This document shows, piece by piece, positions 15,510 to 28,334 of a DNA stretch of 64,000 nt (its first letter is position 1; every line of letters begins with the position of its first letter). The DNA is taken from positions 744,001-808,000 of the forward strand of contig JAXLNO010000073.1 of NCBI GenBank assembly GCA_038087875.1. Direction: 5' to 3'. Position numbers and translations under genes: made by a program. Source of the DNA: Malacoraja senta. Taxonomy: Eukaryota. The notes beneath the pieces were generated by a model, which did not search any database, was not told the origin of the DNA, and saw nothing but the letters and a program-made list of their open reading frames with translations.

Positions 15510-16735
15510 GTTTAGTTTAGAGATACAGCGCGGAAACTGGCCCTTCGGCCCACCGAGCCCGTGCTGACCAGCGATAACCCGTTCACACTAGTTAGGGTCA
15601 TAGAGTGATACTGTGTGGAAACAGGCCCTTCGGCCCAACTTGCCCACACCGGCCAACATGCCCCATCTACACTAGTCCCAGATGCCCACATTTGGCCCAT
15701 ATCCCTCAAAAACTTTCCTATCCATGTACCTGTCTAAATGTCATAGATTCATAGTCATACAGCATGGAAACAGGCCCTTCGGCCCAACTAGCCTTTGCCG
15801 ACCAAGATGCCCCATCCACAATAGATTTTAGAGATACAGTGTGGAAACGGCACAACTTGCCCATGCGGACCAACATGCCCTGTCTACACTAGTCCCACCT
15901 GCCACGTTTGGCCCATGTCCCTCTAAACCTTTCACTATCCATGTGCCTGTCCAAGTGTCATAGTGTCAGACAGCACAGAAACAGACCCTTCGGCCCAACT
16001 TATCCATGCCGACTAAGATGCCCCATCCACAATAATTTTTAGAGATACAGCGCAGAAACAGGTCCTTCAGCCCTCCCTAGCCTGTGCTGACCACCGGTGC
16101 CCCCTCCACCCTCGACTTTAGAGATACAGCATTGTACAGGCCCTTCGCCCAACTTATCCATGCTGACCAAGATGCCCCATCTACACTCAACTTTAGAGAT
16201 ACAGCGCGAAAACAGGCCCTTCCGCTAAACTTGCCCATGCCAACTAATATGCCCCATCTACACAAGTCCCACCAGCCCATGTTTGGCCCATATCCCTCTA
16301 AACCTTTCCTATCCATGTACCTGTCTAAATGTCATAGATTTATAATTATACAGCATGGAAACAGGCCCTTCGGCCCACCTTGTCCCAGCCAACCTTGATG
16401 CCCCATTTACACTAGACTTTAGATATACAGCACAGACACAGGCCCTTCGCCCACCTTGTCCCAGCCAACCTAGTTGCCCCATCTACACTAGACTTTAGAG
16501 ATACTGCACGGACACAGGCCCTTCGGCCCGCCTAGCCCGTGCTGACTCTGGTGCCCCCTCTACACTAGACAGAGATACTGCACGGACACAGGCCTTCGGC
16601 CCACCTTGTCCCAGCCAACCTAGATGCCCCATCTACACTAGACAGAGATATTGCACGGACACAGGCCCTTCGGCCCACCTAGCCCGTGCTGACCATGGTG
16701 CCCCTCTACACTAGACAGAGATACTGCACGGACAA
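15510..16735 (-). repeat. Tandem array of CR1/V-SINE 3'-tail fragments
   Basis: About 13 head-to-tail copies of AGAGATACAGC..ACAGGCCCTTCGGCCCA..GCCCCATCTACACTAG; ~65-70 bp period in 16360-16735. Confidence 0.85.
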
Positions 16736-16847
16736 AGGTCAGCTTACCCTGTGTTGGTTTGCAAGGCTGAGAGGGCCATGGAGTGGGTGGTGTTGATGCT
16801 GTTGGGTGGAGTGGGAGGTGAGGTGTTGAGTGTGGAGAGGAAGTCCC

Positions 16848-17047
16848 NNNNNNNNNNNNNNNNNNNNNNNNNNNNNNNNNNNNNNNNNNNNNNNNNNNNN
16901 NNNNNNNNNNNNNNNNNNNNNNNNNNNNNNNNNNNNNNNNNNNNNNNNNNNNNNNNNNNNNNNNNNNNNNNNNNNNNNNNNNNNNNNNNNNNNNNNNNNN
17001 NNNNNNNNNNNNNNNNNNNNNNNNNNNNNNNNNNNNNNNNNNNNNNN
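16848..17047. other. Assembly gap (200 N)
   Basis: Run of n. Confidence 1.
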
Positions 17048-18085
17048 CCCCCTCTCCCCCTCTCCCCCTCTCCCCCTCTCCCCCTCTCCCCCTCTCCCCC
17101 TCTCCCCCCTCTCCCCCCTCTCCCCCTCTCCCCCTCTCTCTCCCACTCCCCCTCTCCCCCTCTCCCTCTCTCTCCTTCTCTCTATTTGCCTCTCCCTGCC
17201 TTATTGAAACATATAAGATTGTTAAGGGTTTGGACACGCTAGAGGCAGGAAACATGTTCCCGATGTTGGGGGAGTCCAGAACCAGGGGCCACAGTTTAAG
17301 AATAAGGGGTCGGCCATTTAGAACGGAGACGAGGAAACACTTTTTCTCTATAGAGAGTGGTGAGTCCTGTGGAATACTCTGCCTCAGAGGGCGGTGGAGG
17401 CAGGTTCTCTGGATGCTTTCAAGAGAGAGCTAGATAGGGCTCTTAAAGATAGCGGAGGTCAGGGGATATGGGGAGAAGGCAGGAACGGGGTACTGATTGG
17501 GGATATTCAGCCATGATCACATTGAACGGCGGTGCTGGCTCGAAGGGCCGAATGGTCTACTCCTGGAACTATTGTCTATTGTCTATTGTCTATTGCCTCT
17601 CTCTCTCCCCCTCTTATCCTCTTCCTCTCTCTCTCCTCTCTCTCTCTCCCTCTCCCTCTCCCTCTCTCTCTCTCGCTCTGCTTCTCTCTCTGCCTCTCCT
17701 TCCTCTTCCCCTCTATATGCCTCTCTCTCTGCCCCTCTCTCCCCACCCTCCCCTCCCTCTCTCTCCCTCCCTCTCTCTCTCTCCCTCTCTCTCTCTCTCC
17801 CTCTCTCTCTCCCTCTCTCTATCCCTCTCTCTATCTCTCTGCCCCTCTTTCCCCATCCTCTCCCTCTCTCTCTCTCCCCCTCTCTCTCTCCCTCTCTCTC
17901 CCTCTCCCTCTCTCTCTCTCTCTCTCCCTCGCTCTATCTCTCTGCCTCTCTCTCTCCCTGCCTCTCTCGCTGCCTCTCTCTCTCTCTCTCAATGCCTCTC
18001 TCTGCCTCTCCCTCTCTTCTCTGCCCCTCACTCTCTCTGCCTCTCTCTCTCCCTCTCACACTGCCTCTCTCTCTCTTTGCCTCTC
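17048..18085. repeat. Polypyrimidine (CT/CCCCTCT)n tracts flanking a plus-strand CR1 3' fragment (17200-17595)
   Basis: CT-rich runs at 17048-17200 and 17597-18085; between them DTLEAGNMFPMLGESRTRGHSLRI and a (CTATTGT)n tail. Confidence 0.9.
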
Positions 18086-18429
18086 TATATGGGCAACGTG
18101 TTATAGGAAAGATGTTGTCAAGCTTGAAAGGGTCCAGAGAAGATTTACGAGGATGTTGCCAGGTCTAGAGGGTGTGAGCTTACAGGGAGAGGTTGAGCAG
18201 GCTGGGTCTCTATTCCTTGGAGCGCAGGAGGATGAGGGGAGATCCTTATAGAGGTGTATAAAATCATGAGAGGAATAGATTGGCTGTGACTCGACCTTCA
18301 AGGAACCATGCACTTGTACTCCTAGATCCCTCTGCTCTATAACACTACCCAGAGTCCTGCTATTTACTGTGCAGGTCCTGGCCTTGTTCGATGTCCCAAT
18401 ATGCAACACCTCACATTTCTCTGTATTCA

Positions 18430-18715
18430 ATTCCTTCAACCAATCGTCAGCCGGACCGGGTTGGGGCCGACCAGCGATGCCTTCACACTAACACTATCCG
18501 ACACGCACTGGGGACTATTTATACTTATACCGAAGCCAATGAACCTACAAGCTTGTACATCTTTGGATTGTGGGAGGAAACCGAAGATCTCGGAGAAAAC
18601 CCACACAGGTCATGGGGAGAAGGTACAAACTCCGTACAGACAAGGGCCCGTGGTCAGGATCGAACCTGGATCTCTGGCGCTGCAAGCGCTGTAAGGCTGC
18701 AACTCTACCGTGGCC
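18430..18715 (-). mobile_element. tRNA-derived V-SINE (HE1-like)
   Basis: Minus strand has a B-box (GGTTCGATCC) and the V-domain GGAGTTTGTACCTTCTCCCC...GGTTTCCTCCCACAATCCAAAGA. Confidence 0.8.
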
Positions 18716-19134
18716 GCCCGTTTTCCACACTGAGACCTGCTGAGTCATTTCCCCTCCATCTTATCATCCTGGTCTCATGATGGTCTAGCTCCAGCCTCAT
18801 CTACCTCCCCCGGCAGCTCGTTCCATGCACCCACCACCCTCTGTGAGAAAGTTGCCCCTCAGGTCCCTATTAAATCTTTCCCCTCTCACCTTAAACATAT
18901 GTCCGCAGCTTCTTGTCTCCCCTAGCTGGGATAAAAGACAGTGCATTCACACCAGCTATTCCCCTCGTGATTTCCCCTCAGATCACCCCTCAGGCTCCTG
19001 AACAAATGAATAGTCCTAGTGTGGGAGGAAACTGAAGATCTCGGAGAAAACCTTTCCCCTTTCCCTGTAACCCTTGTTCCTGAACGATAGAGTCTCAGTT
19101 AGGGGTAAAGTTGGGAGGTCACGTTGCACAATTT

Positions 19135-20190
19135 CACAAGTTCACACGTTATAGGAGCAGAATGAGGCCATTCGGCCCATCAAGTCTACTCCGCCATTTA
19201 ATCATGGCTGATCTATCTCTCCCTCCTAACCCCATTCTCCTGCCTTCTCCCCATAACCCCTGACACCCACACTAATCAACAATCTATCTATCTCTGCCTT
19301 AAATATATCCACTGACTTGTGGCCTCCACAGCCGTCTGTGGCAACGAATCCCACAGATTCACCACCCTCTGACTAAAGAAATTCCTCCTCATCTCCCTCC
19401 TAAAAGAATGTTCTTTAATTCTGAGGCTGTGCCCTCTGGTCCTAGACTCTCCCACTAGTGGAAACATCCTCTCCACATCCACTCTATCCAGGCCTTTCAC
19501 TATTCTGTACATTTTAATGAGGTTCCCCCTCTTCCTTCTAAACTCCAGCGAGTACAAACGCTCATCGTACATTAACCCACTCATTCCTGGGATCCTTCTT
19601 GTAAACCTCCTCTGGACCCTCTCCAGAGCCAGCACATCCTTCCTCAGATACAGGGCCCAGAACTGCTCACAATGCTCCACATGCAGCCTGACCAGTGCCT
19701 TATAGAGCCTCAACATTACATCCCTGTTTTTGTACACAGGCCCTCTTGAAATAAATGCCAGCATTGAGTTTGCTTTCTTTACTACTGATACAACTTGCAG
19801 ATGAACTTTTTGGGAATCCTGCACCAACATTCCCAAGTCCCTTTGCACCTCCGGTTTCTGGATCCTCTCCCCAGTTGGAGAATGGTCCACGCCTTTATTC
19901 CAACTATCAAAAATGCCACTGACTGTACAATTTGCTGCACTGTATCCCATCTGATGTTTCTCCACCCACTCTCCCAACCTGTCCAAGTCCTTCTGCAGAG
20001 TCCCTGCATTTCTCCACCTATTTCCGTGTCATCCACAAACTTGGCCACAAAGCCTTCAATCCTAATCCTAACCCTACCCTAAACCCTAAAGCCTTCAATC
20101 CCCTCGTGCAAATCATTAATAGACAACGTGAAGAGTAGCGGCCCCAGCACTGATCCCCACGGAACTCCACTAGTCACTGGCAGCCAACCA
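19135..20190 (-). mobile_element. CR1 LINE 3' portion
   Basis: ORF 19288-19986 (QRDLGMLV, LYKALVR, FFSQRVVNLWDSLP) with upstream KFVDDT. Confidence 0.92.
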
Positions 20191-20195
20191 GATCC

Positions 20196-21340
20196 AGTCA
20201 TACAGTGATACAGTGTGTAAATAGGCCCTTCGGCCCAACTTGCCCACACTGGCCAACATATCCCAGCTACATTAGTCCCACCTGCCTGTGTTTAATCCAT
20301 ATCCCTCCAAACCTGTCCTATCCATGTACTTGTCTAACTGTTTCTTAAACATTGGGATAGTCCCAGCCTCAACTACCTCCTCTGGCAGCTCGTTCCATAC
20401 ACCGACCGCCCTTTGTGTGAAAAAGTTGCCCCTCATATTCCTATTAAATCTTTTCCCCTTCATCTTAAAACTGTGTCCTCTGGTCCTCGATTCCCCTACT
20501 CTGGGCAAGTGACTCTGTGCATCTACCCGATCTATTCCTCTCATGATTTTATACACCTCTATAAGATCTCCCCTCATCCTCCTGCGCTCCAAGGAATAGA
20601 GACCCAGCCTGCTCAACCTCTCCCTGTAGCTCACACCCTCTAGTCCTGGCAACATTCTGGATGTGATTTGGTTTGAAATACAGAAGGATTTTCTGCATAG
20701 ACTGTGGATTGAGCGATCCTCAATACTGCAGTATATTCCCAACTAACATGGGCACCAAAGACAATCCTGAATAAATACTGAGACAATAGACAATAGGTGC
20801 AGGAGTAGGCCATTCGGCCCTTCGAACCAGCACCGCCATTCAATGTGATCATGGCTGATCATCCCCAATCAGTACCCCGTTCCTGCCTTCTCCCCATATC
20901 CCCTGACTCTGCTATCTTTAAGAGCCCTATCTAGCTCTCTCTTGAAAGAATCCAGAGAACCTGCCTCCACCGCCCTCTGAGGCAGAGAATTCCAGAGACT
21001 CACCACTCTCTGTGAGAAAAAGTGTTTCCTCGTCTCAATTCTAAATGGCTCACCCCTTGTTCTTAAACTGTGGCCCCTGGTTCTGGACTCCCCCAACATC
21101 GGGAAAATGTTTCCTGCCTCTAGTGTGTCCAAGCCCTTAACAATCTTATATGTTTCAATGAGATTGCCTCTCATCCTTCTAAACTCCAGAGTGTACAAGC
21201 CCAGCTGCTCCATTCTCTCAGCATATGACAGTCCCGCCATCCCGGGAATTAACCTTGTAAACCTACGCTGCACTCCCTCAATAGCAAGAATGTATTTTCT
21301 CAAATTAGGGGACCAAAACTGTACACAATACTCCAGGTGT
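20196..21340 (-). mobile_element. Two CR1 3' fragments (20196-20655, 20780-21340) separated by a ~125 bp non-repeat spacer
   Basis: ORFs 20272-20742 and 20869-21303 carry CR1 ORF2 C-terminal motifs. Confidence 0.9.
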
Positions 21341-21439
21341 GCAGAGATGTTGTAAAAATGGATCGCAAGCTAAAGGACTTGTAAATGTGCAGCAGTTTTT
21401 ACTGGGGTAACGGGGCCTGAATGAAAAACGCCATAGGAT

Positions 21440-22160
21440 ATCACAATCACACAATCACAATAATAATTTATTAGCCAAGTATGTTTTGCAACATATGAGG
21501 AATTTCATTTGCCAACTCAGTCATACCATTAAAAAGCAACAAAACACATTTTAACACAAACATCCACCACAGTGACTCCTCCACATTCCTCACTGTGATG
21601 GGAGGTGAAAAAAAGTTCAAATCTCTTCCCTTCCTTCTTCTCCCGTGGTCGGGGGCCTCGAGCCCTCCGTTGAAGATCTAGACTCCCATAGCCGGCAGTC
21701 GGGCTCTCTGCATCGGGGCGATCAGCTCCTGCATCACGTTCGATTGTCCCTGCGCCGGGTGATCGAACCCCGCGTCGGGGCTGGTCGAGCCTCTGCGGCG
21801 TTGGAGCTACCGACTAGCCTCTCCCGAGACTGCGAGCCCTGATGGTAAGTCTGAGGGCCACGGTCGGAGCGATCCTAGGCAAGGGATCGGCTCCGATGTT
21901 AAGTCCCCGCCCCGCAGTGGGGCTCAAAGTCTGTCTGAGGAGGCCTCTAGCTCCATCGATGGTAGGCTGCAGAGTGACCGGAGTTGCGACCCGGAAAACA
22001 ATCGTATCTCCGGCAAGGTAAGAAACTGAAAGAAAGTTTCCCCCTCCCCCTCCCCTTCCCACTCCCCCACATAAAACAAACCGGAGAACATTTACACAGA
22101 ATTTTATCACACACTAAAAATTAAAAAAAGACCAAAAAACAGACTATTGGTGGGGCTGCC
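21440..22160 (-). mobile_element. GC-rich non-coding retroposon-like element with a 3' hairpin and short tandem tail
   Basis: Tail (ATTGTG)n preceded by AATAAA on the minus strand; hairpin CCACCACAGTGA..TCACTGTGATGG at 21564-21601 is shared with the element at 35861-36483. Confidence 0.55.
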
Positions 22161-22262
22161 AATCATGCAGTGCCCCCTGGTGGATATTCCCTTGTCACTT
22201 GGGCCTGTGCAATAAATGTTCCAAAGCAACACTCTGATTCAATGTGGAGGAAGGAACGGCAG

Positions 22263-24062
22263 ATGCAGTTGTACAGGGCCCTAGTGAGACCACACCTGGA
22301 GTATTGTGTACAGTTTTGGTCCCCTAATTTGAGGAAGGACATTCTTGCTATTGAGGGAGTGCAGCGTAGGTTTACAAGGTTAATTCCCGGGATGGCGGGA
22401 CTGACATATGATGAAAGAATGCGTCAACTGGGCTTGTATTCACTGGAATTTAGAAAGATGAGAGAGGATCTTATAGAAACATATAAAATTCTTAAGGGAT
22501 TTGACAGGCTAGATGTAGGAAAAATGTTCCCCATTTTGGGGGAGTTCAGAACCAATTACTGGAGAATGGAGCAGCTGGGCTTGTACACTCTGGAGTTTAG
22601 AAGGATGAGAGGGAATCTTATTGAAACATATAAGATTGTTAACGGTTTGAACAAGCTAGAGGCAGGAAACATGTTCCCGATGTTGGGGGAGTCCAGAACC
22701 AGGGGCCACAGTTTAAGAATAGGGGGTCGGCCATTTAGAACGGAGACGAGGAAACACTTTTTCTCACAGAGAGTGGTGAGTCTGTGGAATTCTCTGCCTC
22801 AGAGAGCGGTGGAGGCCGGTTCTCTGGATACTTTCAAGAGAGAGCTAGATAGGACTCTTAAAAGATAGCGGAGTCAGGGGATATGGGGAGAAGGCAGGAA
22901 CGGGGTACTGATTGGGGATGTTCAGCCATGATTACATTGAATGGTGGTGCTGGCTCGAAGGGCAGAATGGCTTACTCCTGCACCTATTGTCTATTGTCTA
23001 TTGAAACAAAGAGTAGGGATAAATGGGTCCCTTTCAGAATAGCAGGCACTGACTAGTGAGGTACCACAAGGCTTGGTGCTGGGACCACAGCTATTTACAA
23101 TATACATCAATGATTTGGATGAAGGGATTCAAAGTAACATTAGCAAATTTGCAGATGACACAAAGCTGGGTGGCAGTGTGAACTGTGAGGAGGATGCTAT
23201 GAGAATGTAGGGTGACTTGGACAGGTTGGGTGAGTGGGCAGATGCAAGGCAGATGTAGTTTAATGTGGATAAATGTAAGGTTATCCACTTTGGTGGCAAA
23301 AACAGGAAGGCAGATTATCATCTGAATGGTGTCAAGTTGGGAAAAGGGGAAGTACAACGGGATCTGGGTGTCCTTGTTCATCAGTAAATGAAAGTAAGCA
23401 TGCAGGTACAGCAGGCAGAGAAGAAAGGGAATGGCATGTTGGCCTTCATAACAAGGGGAGTTGAGTTTAGGAGCAAAGAGGTCCTTCTGCAGTTGTACAA
23501 GGCCCCAGTGAGACCACACCTGGAGTATTGTTTGCAGTTTTGGTCTCCAAATTTGAGGAAAGACATTCTTGCTATTGAGGGAGTACAGCGTAGGTTTACA
23601 AGGTTAATTCCCGGGATGGCGGGACTGTCATATGCTGAGAGAATGGAGCAGCTGGGCTTGTATACTATGGAATATAGAAGAATGAGAGGGGATCTTATTG
23701 AAATATATAAGATTATTAAGGGTTTGGACATGCTAGAGGCAGGAAACATGTTCCCGATGTTGGGGGAGTCCAGAACCAGGGGCCACAGTTTAAGAATAAG
23801 GGGTAAGTCATTTAGAACGGAGATGAGGAAAAACTTTTTCACACAGAGGGTTGTGAATCTGTGGAATTCTCTGTCTCAGAAGGCGGTGGAGGCGGGTTCT
23901 CTGGATGCTTTGAAGAGAGAGTTGGATAGGGCTCTTAAAGATAGCAGAGTCAGGGGATATGGGGAGAAGGCAGGAACGGGGTACTGATTGTGGATGATCA
24001 GCCATGGCAGTGTTGGCTCGAAGGGCCGAATGGCCTACTCCTGCATCTATTGTCTATTGTCT
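22263..24062 (+). mobile_element. Stacked CR1 3' fragments (22263-23000, a chimera of two copies; 23005-24062)
   Basis: ORF 22170-22868 contains QLGLYxLEFRxMR twice; ORF 23388-23987; (CTATTGT)n tails. Confidence 0.92.
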
Positions 24063-24064
24063 AC

Positions 24065-25235
24065 AAACCGAAGATAGACTCAAAATGCCGGAGTAACTCA
24101 GCGGGACAGGCAGCATATCTGTGGAGAAGGAATGGGTGACATTTCGGGTCGAGACCCTTCTTCAGTCTGAGAGTCAGGGGAAAGGGAAATGAGAGATATA
24201 GACGATGATGTAGAGAGATAAAGAACAATGAATGAAAGATATGCAAAACAGTAATGATGATAAAGGAAACAGGCCATTGTTAGCTGTTTGTTGGGTGAGA
24301 ACGAGAAGCTAGTGCGACTTGGGCGGGGGAGGGATGGAGAGAGAGGGAATGCCGGGGTTACTTGAAGTTAGAGAAGTCAATGTTCATACCGTTGGGGTGT
24401 AAGCTGCCCAAGTGAAATATGAGGTGCTGTTCCTCCAATTTGCGCTGGGCCTCACTCTGACAGTGGAGGAGGCCCACGACAGAAAGGTCAGTGTGGGAAT
24501 GGGAGGGGGAGTTAAAGTGTTTGGCAACCGGGAGATCAGGTAGGTCCAGGCGGGCTGAGCGGAGGTGTTCAGCGAAACGATCGCCCAGTCTACGTTTGGT
24601 CTCACCGATGCATAAGGGTCCACACCTGGAACAGCAGATACAGTAGATGGGGTTGGAGGAGGTGCAAGTGAACCTCTGCCTCACCTGAAAGGACTGTCGG
24701 GGTCCCTGGACAGAGTCGAGGGAGGAGGTATCGCGACAGGTGTTGCATCTCCTGCGGTTGCAGGGGAAGGTACCTGGGGAGGGGGTGGTTTGGGTGGGAA
24801 GGGACGAGTTAACCAGGGAGTTGCGGTGGGATCCAAGTCACACCAGCTTCTTGTTCTCACCTAGCAAACCGCTAACAATGGCCTGTTTCCTTTATCATTA
24901 CACCCCAGCAGTATGAACATTGACTTCCCTAACTTCAAGTAACCCTTGCTTTCCCTCTCTCTCCATCCCTCCCCATTCCCAGTTCTCGGAGTAGTTTCAC
25001 TCTCTTCCTGATTAATTGTATTGATTGTATGCCTCATTGTCACCTCCCCCTCAGCCAACAATCAACTGTTCTACATTGTCCTTGAACATTGTCTGCTTTG
25101 ATCTGTCGTTTTCACACCTTGCCCTTCCACAAAACTCTATGTCTCCCTCTCCCCAGTCTGAAGAAGGGTCTCGACTGGAAATGTAACCCATTCTGTCCCG
25201 CTGAGTTACTCCAGCCTTTTGTGACTATATCTTCT
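24065..25235 (-). mobile_element. Penelope-like 3' fragment (GIY-YIG domain and terminal repeat, 24065-24830) abutted by inverted terminal-repeat pieces (24830-25235)
   Basis: ORF 24358-24684 (NPIYCICCSRCGPLCIGETKRRLGDRFAEH...GMNIDFSNFK); the plus-strand sequence after 24830 is the reverse complement of parts of 24255-24400. Confidence 0.9.
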
Positions 25236-25309
25236 CTGAATGAAAACATTGTTTGATATTGCCCATGTTTCTAGCCTCAAGATAGAACAGCACTTGGAAA
25301 AACACTTAA

Positions 25310-26495
25310 GAGTCATAGTGATACAACGTGGAAACAGGCCCTTCGGCCCAACTTGCCCACACCGGCAACATGTCCCAGCTACACTAGTCCCACCCGCCTG
25401 CGTTTGGCCCATATCCTTCCAAACCTGTCCTATCCATGTACCTGTCTAACTGTTTCTAAAAACGTTGGGATAGTCCCAGCCTCAACTACCTCCTCTGGCA
25501 GCTTGTTCCATACACCCACCACCCTTTGTGTGAAAAAGTTACCCCTCAGATTCCTATTAAATCTTTTCCCCTTCATCTTGAACCTATGTCCTCTGGTCCT
25601 CGATTACCCTACTCTAAGCAAGAGACTCTGTGCATCTCCCCGATCTATTCCTCTCATGATTTTATACACCTCTATAAGATGCCCTCTCATCCTTCTAATT
25701 TCCAGTGAATACAAGTCCAGTCGCTCCATTCTCTCAGCATATGACAGTCCCGCCATCCCGGGAATTAACCTGGTGAACCTACGCTGCACTCCCTCCATAG
25801 CAAGAATGTCCTTCCCCAAATTAGGAGACCAAAACTGGGCACAATACTCCTGGTGTGGTCTCACCATGGCCATGTAACGCTTGTCCAGGCTTTTCACTAT
25901 TCGATGTGTTTCAATGAGGTGCAAGGCACAAGCGACTGCTGGTGCTGGATACAGGAGCAAAGAATAATCTGCAGGAGGAACTCAGGAGGTCAGGCAGCAT
26001 CTATGGAGGCAGAAGGACGGTGGGCGATCAAGTCTTTACCTGCTGAGTTCCTCCAGCAGTTTGCTTTTTGCTCCTGCGTTAATAGTGTTGCATCATAGCA
26101 TTGCAACATATTCCCAATTTACATATGTAATTCTTAAGGGATTGGACAGGCTAGATGCAGGAAAAATGTTCCCGACGTTGGGGGGAGTCCAGAACCAGGG
26201 GCCACAGCTTAAGAATAAGGGGTTGGCCATTTAGGACTGAGATGAGGAAAAATGTTTTCACCCAGAGAGTTGTGAATCTGTGGAATTCTCTGCCACAGAA
26301 GGCAGTGGAGGCCGATTCACTGGATGTTTTCAAGAGAGAGTTAGATTTAGCTCTTAGGGCTAACTGAATCAAGGGATATGGGGAGAAAGCAGGAACTGAT
26401 TGTGGATGATCAGCAATGATCATATTGAATGGTGGTGCTGGCCTGAAGGGCAGAACGGCCTCCTCCTGCACCTATTGTCTATGTTTCTATGTTTT
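25310..26495. mobile_element. CR1 3' fragments (25310-25870 minus; 26125-26495 plus)
   Basis: ORFs 25604-25960 and 26155-26367 carry CR1 C-terminal motifs. Confidence 0.85.
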
Positions 26496-26962
26496 TTTGA
26501 CTCCCCGATGTTAGGGGGAGTCCAGAATCAGTGGGTCACGGTTTAAGAATTTGGGGTCAGTCCCGCCATCCCACTTGTGGCCTTATGAGCAACGCCTGCA
26601 GTTCCTTCCTACACATTACGCTGCTGTGCTTTGGCTGGTGTCCCCCCTAAGAGCCCTCCCCTGGTGAAACAAGCACTAATATTGATGTTGCTCCAACGTA
26701 GTCGGGACCTTGTGTGTTACACGCCTTTAATTGTTTTGACTGGGGATCGGAAAGACGATTAAAGGGGCATTGATTTTTCAATCCTAACCGCATTGATTTT
26801 TAAATTTGTTATCGACTCCCACTTTAAATCTCTCTCTAAACTGCAGCTGAAACCACAGATGACAAGGGCTGATTAAGCCTGTTAACTGCGGGCATGTATC
26901 GGTGACTGAACCTGTGGAATTGCTCAAATTTAACCCCCGCATATCTCTGAATGATTTAGCTC

Positions 26963-27682
26963 TCACGATACGATACGATAGAACTTTATTGATCTCAGGA
27001 GGGAAATTGATCTGCCAACAGTCATCAAGGCACAAAATACATGAAACATGCAATTAAAATGAGGATTGGGGGCGTGCAAAGATTGGGGAGGGGAGGAGTG
27101 GGGTCAGTCTACCCCACGACAGAAGGGGGAGGGGTTGTACAGTTTGATAGCCACAAGGAAGAAGGATCTCCTGTGGCGTTCTGTGCTGCATCTTGGTGGG
27201 TCCAGTCTGTTGCTGAAGGTGCTCCTCAGGTTGACCAGCGTGTCAAGGAGGGGGTGAGCTGTATTGTCCAGGATGCTCCACAGTTTGAGGAGCATCCTCC
27301 CCTCCAAGACCACATGCCGTGAATCCAACTCCAACTCCGCCCCCAGGACGGAGCCGGCCTTCCTGATGAGTTTGTTGGCCCCATTGGTGTCCGCGGCCTT
27401 CGCCCTGCTGCCCCGGCACACGGCAGCGAAGAAGACGGCAATGGCCACCACCGATTGGTAGAACATCTGTAGCATCTCACTGCAGATGTTGAAGGAGTGG
27501 AGCCTTCTATAAAAGTACAGGCAACTCTGTCCCTTCTTGTACAGGGCATCAGCGTTCCTGGACCAGTCCAGTTTACTGTCCAGGTACACTCACTGATATT
27601 TGTACTCCCTAGTAAACTGCACATCCACATCATTGATGGAGACAGGGGACAGGGGTGTTCCTCTCCTCCCAATGTCAACCAC
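26963..27682 (-). mobile_element. Rex1/Babar-clade LINE 3' end, interrupted by the Penelope element and resuming at 31787-31875
   Basis: ORF 27104-27589 (YLDSKLDWSRNADALYKKGQSCLYF, HPL, RRSFFLVAIKLYN); tail (CGTAT)n; the upstream motif WCRLNHLQLNIDKTKELMVD lies at 31787-31860. Confidence 0.9.
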
Positions 27683-28334
27683 CAAGCTTTGTCGGGACTT
27701 GACTGCGCCTCCATCTTGTACCTCATGGTTTCCAGCTCCAGTTCCCTACGTCCCAGTTCGGACCCAACCCGGACTATCGATACCGACTGGCTATCTGCCG
27801 CCACACACGGCAGTTCTCCTTCCGTGCTCTACGATCTACCCTGACCGCGATGCACCGGCACCAGCAGGACCTCGCATTGACTCTCCCGAAACTTCGGGCC
27901 TCACTCACCCAGACCTGCAACGGACCCCAACTCTGCTTCATCCAACGACAGATCCACACCTTCAATCAACGATTCCTGGCCCACCTGGACTCCACCAAGG
28001 ACCCGAAACTAGCCCGCCTCCAGGCCGCTCCTGCTACCGATACTCCGCGACTCGACCGCCTGCAGGCCCCTGGGCCCCAACGCTGGCCCGCGCCGCCTGC
28101 CCGAGTCCCGCGCCGCCATCTTGGCCACGAGGAGCAGCACCAGCACTCGCCGCCTCCCGGACCGTCAAAGACGACGCCTTCGCCGACATCAACGTCAATG
28201 CTGCCGCCGACCTTCACCTGCCCACTGATGACGCCGATCCTCGCTGCCTCACCGGTAACTCTGACTATCGCCCCCTCACCGATTACGCTGTCCACGCTAC
28301 CACCCCGATTCCTCCGACTATCACCACCATAACG

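Noticed and set aside
32..15567. Dozens of long His/Thr-rich and Cys/Val-rich ORFs (also at 58626-61579)
   Set aside because: These are translations of CA/GT repeats, which lack stop codons; they are open in nearly all frames on both strands.
17468..18251. Ser/Leu/Pro-rich and Arg/Glu-rich ORFs
   Set aside because: Translations of CT microsatellite.
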